Of a DNA stretch of 64,000 nucleotides, positions 48,035-56,153 are shown one piece after another. The translations under genes were made by a program, and so were the position numbers. The notes below the pieces were generated by a model. That model saw only the letters and a list, made by a program, of their open reading frames with translations, was not told the origin of the DNA and did no database searches. The stretch's first letter is position 1. Each line of letters begins with the position of its first letter. Origin of the DNA: Spirochaetaceae bacterium (GTDB taxonomy: Bacteria; Spirochaetota; Spirochaetia; DSM-2461); NCBI GenBank assembly GCA_051531975.1, contig JAOPTT010000001.1:96001-160000 (forward strand), given 5' to 3'.

Positions 48035-49558
48035 ATGAGAAAGATTTTATTTTTTATGACCGTAGTACTAATACTACTAAGTTCATGTAAAAAGAGTACC
48101 TACGATGAAAATGGAAACACAATACTTACTGTTATGATTGACGACACTGTTATTGTTCCAGAATCTGAGGGAACTATAAAAGATAATAGATGGACTAGAT
48201 ATATAAAAGAAGAGATGTTAAAAAAAGACATAAGTGTAGAGTTTATACCTAAAAGTACAGGTCTTGTAAACCAGGTTATAATGATGGCTACAGGCTCTGC
48301 ACCAGATATCTCTTTTACAGATGGACGTCTACTTTTTACTAAGTATTCAATGGAAGGTGGATTATATAATTTAGGACCATTTATAGATGAGCACGGACCT
48401 AAATTAAAAGAAGAAACAGAAGATATTCTACCCTATGGAGTTTTAGACGGCACACAGTATGCTATTCCATCTAGAAGAGGAAGTTTAGGAAGAACTACAT
48501 CTCTGATTAGAAAAGATTGGTTAGATATACTCGGTATGGATATTCCTACTAATAGAGATGAACTTGTTACAGTATTAAAGGCTTTTAAAGAGCAAGATCC
48601 AGGTGGTATTGGTTCAGAAAATGTAATCCCCTGGGGGTTTGTACCTCCAGATCCTGGTACTTTTTTTGAACCAGATTTTATTCTATTTGATATAATGTAC
48701 AGCTTTATGGAACACGATCTAGCAAAAAATATGTCTATCAGTTGGCCAAATAGAGAGGGTGTCAAAGAGTTCCTAATCTGGATGAGAGATCTATACTCCC
48801 AGGGAATAATAGATAGAGAGTTTGCAACTCTGAATGAAACTGAAAACAATAAAAAATTAGTTAATGGTCAGGTTGGATTTATACAATATTATACAGATGT
48901 ACTGTTTAGCCAACAAAAAAATCAGGCTCTGTATAATGTATATAAAAGTGGTGATGATATAGAGTATGTAGCTATCGAGGTTTTCCAAAATAGTGATGGG
49001 GATTATAAAAAAGTTCAACACGATCCTATTCATAACTACCTGTTTATTCCTAAAAAATCTAAAGTTCCAGAGGCTGCTATTACATATCTTAACTGGCTTT
49101 TAGAAGATGAACCTAGAAAGATTTTACACTATGGAATCGAGGGAGAACACTACAATTTAGTAGATGGAATACCTGTTATCATAGATTTAGACCATAACGT
49201 TAAAACTTATAACTATATTAATCATGCACTAAGGCTTCCTGGGGAATATCCTAAGGATTCTGAAATTCTAAACAGGTATAATTCACAAAACCGTGATGTA
49301 GACTTTAATGGTCTAGAAGATATATCAAAGCAGATAAATGTTAAAGATGGGTTTGCTGGACCTCTATACCAAGAAAGTATGCCACTGTGGGCAAAACATG
49401 GTATGGGTCTAATAAAAATTTGTGAAAAATACTGGGTTAAGTTATTAACTGAGGATAATTTTGAAGAAAACTATTCCGAGTTCATGAATAAGTTACAAGA
49501 TAGAAATATCGATCTGATTGATAAGGAACATGCCGATTATTACAATAAATATAATTAA
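48035..49558 (+). CDS. Family-1 sugar-binding lipoprotein, paralog of 40231-41754
   Basis: Shared blocks DPGGIGSENVIPWG and GLIKICEKYWVKLLTEDNFE. Confidence 0.9.
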   Translation: MRKILFFMTVVLILLSSCKKSTYDENGNTILTVMIDDTVIVPESEGTIKDNRWTRYIKEEMLKKDISVEFIPKSTGLVNQVIMMATGSAPDISFTDGRLLFTKYSMEGGLYNLGPFIDEHGPKLKEETEDILPYGVLDGTQYAIPSRRGSLGRTTSLIRKDWLDILGMDIPTNRDELVTVLKAFKEQDPGGIGSENVIPWGFVPPDPGTFFEPDFILFDIMYSFMEHDLAKNMSISWPNREGVKEFLIWMRDLYSQGIIDREFATLNETENNKKLVNGQVGFIQYYTDVLFSQQKNQALYNVYKSGDDIEYVAIEVFQNSDGDYKKVQHDPIHNYLFIPKKSKVPEAAITYLNWLLEDEPRKILHYGIEGEHYNLVDGIPVIIDLDHNVKTYNYINHALRLPGEYPKDSEILNRYNSQNRDVDFNGLEDISKQINVKDGFAGPLYQESMPLWAKHGMGLIKICEKYWVKLLTEDNFEENYSEFMNKLQDRNIDLIDKEHADYYNKYN

Positions 49559-49571
49559 AACAACTTAAAAA

Positions 49572-51821
49572 TTAAGTTGTTTTCCCAATAAATTCCCAAC
49601 TTCCTGGATTAACAGAAAACAAATTATATCTTTCTGTTTTTTCCAGGAACTTCACACCTGAATTTTCATCTGATACCGATACTCCATTAACCTTAATGTC
49701 TGAAATATTACGAACTTTATCTATAGGTATTCCAACTTTTGCAATAGTGTCCAGAGGAGAAACTAAAAATAGACTAAACTCACCTTTTTTATCTTCTATC
49801 CGGACCCTAATATCACCTTTTACAGATGGTATAACCCCTTTGAGTTTTTTTAAAGAACCAATTTGGGGTAAAACATCATAGCTGGTATACCCTGGGGAAC
49901 TAGGAGCAACTCCTAAACCATACTGGGATAGAAGGGTCAAAAAACCACCACTCCAGCCGTGATTAGTAGTTCCACCTCCAGAGCCACCAATCTTCCAATC
50001 TTCCCAAAGGGTAGTAAGTTTATGATCAACCATAAAAGAAAATCGCTTTTTTAATCTAATAATTGCTTCGGCCTCATACCCCATAACATATTGGGCTTCT
50101 GCTACATATTTTTCCATATAAGCACTACTATGATAAGAAGTTTCAAAAACATTCTGAATATCTCTGTATTTATCTGGTTCTGCCAACTCTGCTAATACAG
50201 CAAGAGCATGAACACGATCGTCAGTTTTACCTTTATAATCTTTTGATCTATAACATGTACCAGTCCAGAAAGTTGTATTAAAAGATTTTTTAATACCATC
50301 CATAATTAGTTTAATATTAATAACATCATCCTGGTGGCCTAAAACTTTTGCCATATTGTACTGTCCCTTAAGAGCCAAATAGTACCAGAGATTAAATAAC
50401 AGGTTCATATCTTTATGATTTCCCCAATCACCCCAGAGCCATCCACCTTTTCTGGGAATAACAAGTCCATTAGAGTCTGTTTCCCACAGAGAAAGATATG
50501 TTTTAATACCAGGATATACCTCGGTTAAGGTCTCTAGGTCTCCACTATGCTGATAATAGGTCCATATACCATAAAATCCAACTGAGTTAAGCATCTGCAT
50601 TGGTAGTTCATCACTGTAATTTCCAGCAGGAACCGGGGAGAATATTGAGCCATCCTCTTTCTGCCAACCAAATAGTTCCTTTATTCCTTTTTTAGCCAGC
50701 AGACTACTTTTAAAATCCAGTGCATAAAAAGCTTCACCTAACTCATTAACAGCATCTCCCCACCACTGGGCTCTCTCCCGATCTGGGCAGTCCATATAGG
50801 TGTCTCTCATTGTTATATAGAGTGTACGCAGTGCCTTCTCTCTGTATCTATTAACAAAATCATCATCACATTCAAAAGTTCCCCTAAATTCACAGTTGTA
50901 GCCAGTTTCCCGATACTGTAGTGATAGAACCTCTACCCCTTTAGGTATTTTATAAATAACATTGTGACCATTCATCCAACCTAGACACTCAAATTCCTGA
51001 ATACCATTTTTAGTAATATATTCAGCCCGAACATTAAAGGCTCCACCACCTTTATAATTATCTGTGGATATAGCAATTTTTTTACCTTTTGTTGCCTTAA
51101 CCTTTAAATATGGAGTTATTTGGGCATTGTATTCTAGGGCGCAGGTAAAAACTGATTCCCCTAATAATAAATTCTTCCTTATAGATGTCTGGGTATACTC
51201 TTTTAGACCAAAATCTTTCCACTGGGGAATAGGTCTAGGGATAAGTTTGTTCCAAGGGGCACAGGTCGGTTTACCAAATTCTGTAGCAGTACTCCAACTA
51301 GAATCATCGTAACTATTACTCTGCCAACCCTGGATATCTTTTCTTGAATCAAAAAGAATATTGGATTCAGGTAACCTATAATTAGGATGTGGTTTTTTAG
51401 TATTAAAAAAAGCAGGATGTCTAAGAACTTTCCAATCGGCACCACTTGAAAGGGTATAATCCCCTAAATTTGCTTCAAATATTAATCCAGCCTGTCCACT
51501 ACTATTATGACTAAATCCATGTTTACCAAAATGCCATAAAAGAACAGCTATACAGTTATCCCCCTCCTGGAGGTAAGCTGTTAAATCTATATTGTCATAA
51601 TATGTATTTTCCGGATCAGGACCACGTTTAAGCTGCCCTTCAAAAACTACTAACTTACCATTAATCCATAACCAATACTTGGAATCTGCAGCAATTTTGG
51701 CAGTTACCAATTTTGGAACACTATCCAGTTGAATATTTTTCCTAAAACAGATCCACTGATTGGCATCTTTTTTATTATCAACACCAATCCAATTGGCATT
51801 CCATGTTAATATATTATTCAT
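49572..51821 (-). CDS. GH78-like alpha-L-rhamnosidase family glycosidase
   Basis: IAADSKYWLWING, YMDCPDRERAQWWGD, TTLWEDW, NHGWSGG. Confidence 0.88.
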   Translation of the reverse strand: MNNILTWNANWIGVDNKKDANQWICFRKNIQLDSVPKLVTAKIAADSKYWLWINGKLVVFEGQLKRGPDPENTYYDNIDLTAYLQEGDNCIAVLLWHFGKHGFSHNSSGQAGLIFEANLGDYTLSSGADWKVLRHPAFFNTKKPHPNYRLPESNILFDSRKDIQGWQSNSYDDSSWSTATEFGKPTCAPWNKLIPRPIPQWKDFGLKEYTQTSIRKNLLLGESVFTCALEYNAQITPYLKVKATKGKKIAISTDNYKGGGAFNVRAEYITKNGIQEFECLGWMNGHNVIYKIPKGVEVLSLQYRETGYNCEFRGTFECDDDFVNRYREKALRTLYITMRDTYMDCPDRERAQWWGDAVNELGEAFYALDFKSSLLAKKGIKELFGWQKEDGSIFSPVPAGNYSDELPMQMLNSVGFYGIWTYYQHSGDLETLTEVYPGIKTYLSLWETDSNGLVIPRKGGWLWGDWGNHKDMNLLFNLWYYLALKGQYNMAKVLGHQDDVINIKLIMDGIKKSFNTTFWTGTCYRSKDYKGKTDDRVHALAVLAELAEPDKYRDIQNVFETSYHSSAYMEKYVAEAQYVMGYEAEAIIRLKKRFSFMVDHKLTTLWEDWKIGGSGGGTTNHGWSGGFLTLLSQYGLGVAPSSPGYTSYDVLPQIGSLKKLKGVIPSVKGDIRVRIEDKKGEFSLFLVSPLDTIAKVGIPIDKVRNISDIKVNGVSVSDENSGVKFLEKTERYNLFSVNPGSWEFIGKTT

Positions 51822-51841
51822 TATAACTTCCTAATTGTTCA

Positions 51842-51870
51842 ATAGTATATAAGTCCACAGATCTTTACAA
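51842..51870 (-). promoter_or_regulatory. Sigma70-like promoter of the GH78 gene
   Basis: TTGTAA-17-TACTAT on the minus strand; the -35 box coincides with the last codons of the relic acyltransferase gene. Confidence 0.45.
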
Positions 51871-51980
51871 TTTGACAATTCCATATCCCTATTCTCTTTC
51901 ATAAAAAGAGTCATAAAATCTATATCTCTCTTATTTAGAGATATCTGTTTGGCCATTTTAACAAATTCCACACTACTCAT
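51865..51980 (-). pseudogene. Relic of the 59219-60067 acyltransferase: 5' end joined to 3' end by a ~733-bp deletion
   Basis: Begins MSSVEFVKMAKQISLNKR like the intact gene, then jumps out of frame at ATCCC (51885-89) to the last codons. Confidence 0.85.
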
Positions 51981-52084
51981 AATAATTACACCTCTATGAC
52001 ATACTAATGTCTTTGATAATATGATGATACTCTTACTATTATGATAAAGAAATGGCTTATTTGTCTATGTTTTTAACAATATCG
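51925..52084 (+). repeat. 160-bp exact direct repeat, copy 1
   Basis: Identical by eye to 60012-60171. Confidence 0.9.
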
Positions 52085-52131
52085 GCTGAAAGTACTACTT
52101 AAATGTTCTGGGAGCTTGTTCAACATCTATC

Positions 52132-52150
52132 ACCCCGTCTTACAACGGGG
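52132..52150 (-). terminator. Stem-loop after the TIM-barrel relic
   Basis: CCCCGT-N6-ACGGGG; the same stem is kept at about 60234-60251. Confidence 0.55.
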
Positions 52151-52186
52151 CTTAATGAATAATAATACAGCTTCAGGTGTAAAATT

Positions 52187-52716
52187 CTATAAAGTTATCC
52201 CGTCAATCATTTTCATAAATCTCTTACCATACTCTATATAGTTACTGTATTGTAAATCAGCTTCTGTTTGCGCAGCTTTATCATGAAATACTACAGACAT
52301 ATGCGGCTCCATGGAAAATCCTCCATCATAACCTGATTTTAGCAGATCAGTAACAATCTCTTTTACATGACCCTCACCTTCACCAGGGAAAGTCCATTTT
52401 GCATCGGGAAATACACCATCGGTTTCATTAAGATAAATACCATCTTTAATGTGTACATAATGAATAAACTCCCGCACCTCTTTATAAAACTCAAAGGCAT
52501 TTTGTTTTTTATACGGTTTAGTTCCACTTCTGTCATATGTTATAACAGGGTTTCCGGTATCGAATACAAGTTTGAAGTTAAGAGAATTTATCTTTTCTAT
52601 TAACCTTAAAGTATGCTCGGAGGACATTCCACCATAGTTCATATAGTTTTCATGCTGATATAGTATTCCCGCATCTTCACAAATATTTACAAGCTGTTTA
52701 ACTTTAGAAAATACAT
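52187..52716 (-). pseudogene. Relic of the 60288-61187 sugar-phosphate isomerase/epimerase (~370-bp deletion just after the start codon)
   Basis: C-terminal half nearly identical in protein to 60288-61187; RBS and ATG are fused out of frame at AATACAT (52710-16). Confidence 0.88.
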
Positions 52717-52729
52717 ATTAATTCCTCGT

Positions 52730-53360
52730 CTACTCTATTCCCATTAATTTCATATTATCAAACGAGATTTTTATTGATTCAAAAATGCCTCTATCACTAC
52801 AGGTGCTGTCCTGTTCAACAACATACCACCGGACATCTGTCTCTACACACGCCTTAATTATCTCTTCCCAATTTAGATTCCCTTCGCCTATTTCAGCAAA
52901 CTCTGGAATCCGTCTGTTTTCATAATCCACCTGCCCTAATGCAAAGTCCTCTACTTCAATTTTAGGAAGTGATCTATTTTCAACTTTTCCGGATAAGGAC
53001 TCAGGTTTCCCTAAAAAGAGATTGGCAAGATCTATAGTATGTATGGCCTGATTAATTAAAGTACCACCACCTTCACTCTCCCATCTTCCTCGCCAAAAAT
53101 CTGTGTGATAATAATCCATAGCACGCTCACAACTGAAGTTAAGATCTCCACTAAGGATTTCACCAAATACTCCCTGGTTTACAAGTTCTTTTAATTTAAT
53201 GATGAGAGGAGATTGTCTATGCTGGAATGCAATTGTTGTTTTATGCTACCTGTTTTCCGATAGTTCCACCATTTTATATAAATCATCCAGTGTAGTTGCC
53301 AGAGGCTTTTCACATAAAACATGTTTACCACTAAGCAGTGCTTTTTCAAAAAGTTCAGGA
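52730..53360 (-). pseudogene. Chimeric relic: central part of a Gfo/Idh/MocA gene fused in frame to the C-terminus of a TIM-barrel gene
   Basis: GKHVLCEKPLA...GGGTLINQAIHTIDL (as in 63192-64000) joined to PEFAEIGEGNLNWEEII (as in 61190-61978); in-frame TAG near 53247; no N-terminus. Confidence 0.85.
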
Positions 53361-53609
53361 GTAATGAAATTTACATTGTATTATCGTTATAGAGTCATCA
53401 TCATATGTGTATACTAACACATCTTTCTTAGTTATATGCTTGGAATAATATCCTGATAGATTACCCTTAAGAGGTTCAGCCCTTTCTTCAGGGGTTCGTT
53501 GTGACGTTTTAATTAGACTATTCAACTTCTTTAATAGTTTACGATCTTCAGATTGAAGAGATACATAATCTTCCCATGCATTATCATGAAACTTAACGTA
53601 CCTACTCAC
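53355..53609 (-). CDS. yoeB: Txe/YoeB-family toxin
   Basis: AWEDY, EPLKGNLSGYYS, C-terminal CKFHY; overlaps the antitoxin stop codon. Confidence 0.85.
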   Translation of the reverse strand: MSRYVKFHDNAWEDYVSLQSEDRKLLKKLNSLIKTSQRTPEERAEPLKGNLSGYYSKHITKKDVLVYTYDDDSITIIQCKFHYS

Positions 53610-53856
53610 CGATAAGTTCTCGCTCCGTTACTTTTCCTTGCTTTACATCCTCTACTGCATCTAACAACCTCTTAGCATTAGCAGGGGTACTGAGTAAATA
53701 ATTGGTGGTAGTCCACCCCTTGTAATCTTCTAGTGACATAACGACTACATCTTTGCCTTCTTTACTGGTTATTATAGTCTCTGTAGAAGTATCAACGACA
53801 TTATCTATCAATTCTCTTAAATTATTACGGGCAGATGTGTAACTCATGATATTCAT
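53602..53856 (-). CDS. yefM: Phd/YefM-family antitoxin
   Basis: SYTSARNNL, VVVMSLEDY, YLLSTPANAKRL. Confidence 0.92.
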   Translation of the reverse strand: MNIMSYTSARNNLRELIDNVVDTSTETIITSKEGKDVVVMSLEDYKGWTTTNYLLSTPANAKRLLDAVEDVKQGKVTERELIGE

Positions 53857-54272
53857 ATTAAGCTCCTATAATTAAATTAAGGAAGTCATTACTCTTATAA
53901 TAAATCACTCCTATAAGTACATACTACTATCTTGTCAGAATCCTGTACAAAACAGAAGCTTTGCTTTGCTAAATAAAAGTTAATTAAACCAGCACCTGTA
54001 AACCAGCCAACAGCAGAACAAAGTCTTGAAAACCGTCCTCCAGATATCACTTTCGATGGTATAAATTTCTTATTCTCTTTAGCTAACTTTTCCTGCATAT
54101 TTATAGAAGTCACCCATATATGCTGTAATGAGTTCATCTTGTCTGCTTCGAATTTGATTAAAAGATGTCAGTATTTACAAATATTCCTATGAATTTTTAC
54201 AAAAAGTATCAAAAAACACTTAGAACAAAGCATATCTATGTAACAGATTGTATTCAGGAGACAATATATGAT

Positions 54273-54686
54273 TCACGAATATAGACTATCTATCTCTTTA
54301 ATAAACAGTTTAAAGTTCGATAGATGATTATGAATAATGTCAAATACTAGTTCCCAATCTATATCATTGTACTCATGTACAGATATATTTCTAAAACCAA
54401 CAGATTTTTGAAGCTTAATTGATAACTCTCCAGGGAGAATACGGTTATCAGAAAGAGCCTTAAATGTACCAGCCATAGTATTTGAAGGTTTGATATCTCT
54501 CTCGGAAATTATAATAGCAGATATATCCACCGATATTTGAACAGCTCTTTCCAAGTTCACGGATATTATATCCTGAAGATCATAATCGCTTTTAAGAATA
54601 GATATTTCATCCGGTCTTTTACTCTCTATACGTTTTATACACCTAATTAAAGACTCTATTTTTTTAATTATAGCTTCATTCATCAT
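54273..54686 (-). CDS. hepT: HEPN (DUF86) toxin, HepT-like RNase
   Basis: NLERAVQ..VD; RxxxxH motif in GFRNISVHEY. Confidence 0.88.
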   Translation of the reverse strand: MMNEAIIKKIESLIRCIKRIESKRPDEISILKSDYDLQDIISVNLERAVQISVDISAIIISERDIKPSNTMAGTFKALSDNRILPGELSIKLQKSVGFRNISVHEYNDIDWELVFDIIHNHLSNFKLFIKEIDSLYS

Positions 54687-55080
54687 TTAAAAAATCCTTA
54701 ATTCTATTTTTATAAGACAGAATGTGATATGGAAGAATATCCTCTGTAAATGTAATCATCTTTGTAATATATAAAGCCTTTAAGATTGGATCTGAATTCT
54801 TAACAGTAAGACCTTTTTGAAGAACCTCTTTAAGTATTACTCCCTCCATCTTGGAGATATCAATTACAGAGACTTCCCTATTTAAAAGGTGGGTTAATTT
54901 CAGTGACAACTCCAGAGATTTATCATTTGATATACGCTTATTACTGCCAATAGCAATATCTATATCACTTCTGTCTGTTAACCTGTTTGAAGCAGCTGAA
55001 CCATACAAAATTGTAAGCTCTATATCACTATCAATTAGAGGTTTAATCTTTTCTACAATTTCATTACCAGTTTCTGCCAT
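54676..55080 (-). CDS. mntA: Minimal nucleotidyltransferase (MNT) antitoxin
   Basis: LYGSAA......SDIDIAI (GSx10DxD); overlaps the HEPN gene. Confidence 0.88.
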   Translation of the reverse strand: MAETGNEIVEKIKPLIDSDIELTILYGSAASNRLTDRSDIDIAIGSNKRISNDKSLELSLKLTHLLNREVSVIDISKMEGVILKEVLQKGLTVKNSDPILKALYITKMITFTEDILPYHILSYKNRIKDFLNDE

Positions 55081-55280
55081 ATAGATAAAAATACCTTATG
55101 ATTAATAGTTATATCCACTATATAAACCTAATTATACTTTTTTGTTAGAAAATTACCGATCTCGTGTTATATATTATATGGGTTTAATAAATAGTTGCAG
55201 ACCTATGGTCAGATCCATACCAACCATGGTGGTCAGATTGAAATTACCAAAAAACAATCAGAACGTATCAAGGAGAAAAT

Positions 55281-56066
55281 ATGTTAAAAAAAATAGTGTT
55301 TAGCCTAATATTCATAATTGCAGTCTTCCAATTAAGTTCACAAACAAAGCCCTTACAACAGGGGCATGCCCATAATGATTATGAGCATAAAAGACCATTG
55401 TTGGATGCTCTTGAAATGGGATTTTGCAGTATAGAAGTCGATGTTTGGCTTGTAAAAGGTGAACTATTAGTAGCTCATGACCGTAAAGATGTCTCTGAAA
55501 GTAAAACTTTAACAAGTCTATACCTGGAGCCACTCCGAAAAATGTTAAATAGTAACCAGGGGAAAATATATGATGATGGTACAGGAATTACCCTACTGGT
55601 GGATTTTAAATCCAGTGCCGGAAGAACCTACTCTGCATTAAAAAAGGCTATTTCAGAATACAGTGATATTCTTACCAGTTTTAGTGATAATGAGACACAA
55701 CCTGGTCCGGTTACTATTATTATTTCAGGAAAGAGACCTATACGGCAAGTAAAGAAAGAGAAGCTAAGGTATGCAGGAATTGATGGAAGGTTAAGTGATC
55801 TGAAAAAACCGATAAATCCAAACCTGTACCCGCTAATTAGCGATAACTGGAATAATGCCATTAAAGGTGGGGATATTTTTACCAGTAGCGCTACCCGGGA
55901 TAAAGTTTCTGAATATATTCAAACCGTCCATAAAGCAGGATCTACAATACGTTTCTGGAATACTCCGGAAGAGGAAGATCTCTGGGGTATGTTATTAGAT
56001 CTTGGAGTCGATTTAATTAGCACTGATGATCTGGTTGGATTTAAAGATTTCATGTTATCTCCTTAA
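55281..56066 (+). CDS. Secreted PI-PLC/GDPD-like phosphodiesterase domain protein
   Basis: Signal peptide; HAHNDY, SIEVDVW, LLVAHD, LLVDFK, GVDLISTDDL. Confidence 0.85.
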   Translation: MLKKIVFSLIFIIAVFQLSSQTKPLQQGHAHNDYEHKRPLLDALEMGFCSIEVDVWLVKGELLVAHDRKDVSESKTLTSLYLEPLRKMLNSNQGKIYDDGTGITLLVDFKSSAGRTYSALKKAISEYSDILTSFSDNETQPGPVTIIISGKRPIRQVKKEKLRYAGIDGRLSDLKKPINPNLYPLISDNWNNAIKGGDIFTSSATRDKVSEYIQTVHKAGSTIRFWNTPEEEDLWGMLLDLGVDLISTDDLVGFKDFMLSP

Positions 56067-56153
56067 TAAACGAAAATGTTAAAAGGACAAACATTATTGC
56101 TATTGATTTGCCATGTTCAGAGGTGCAATACTATATTTAAATGAGGAAAAGTT

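Noticed and set aside
53895..54137. 80-aa minus-strand ORF between the two TA pairs
   Set aside because: No clear RBS or family motif, and its 3' end runs over the probable yefM promoter. It may be gene debris but cannot be supported as a CDS.
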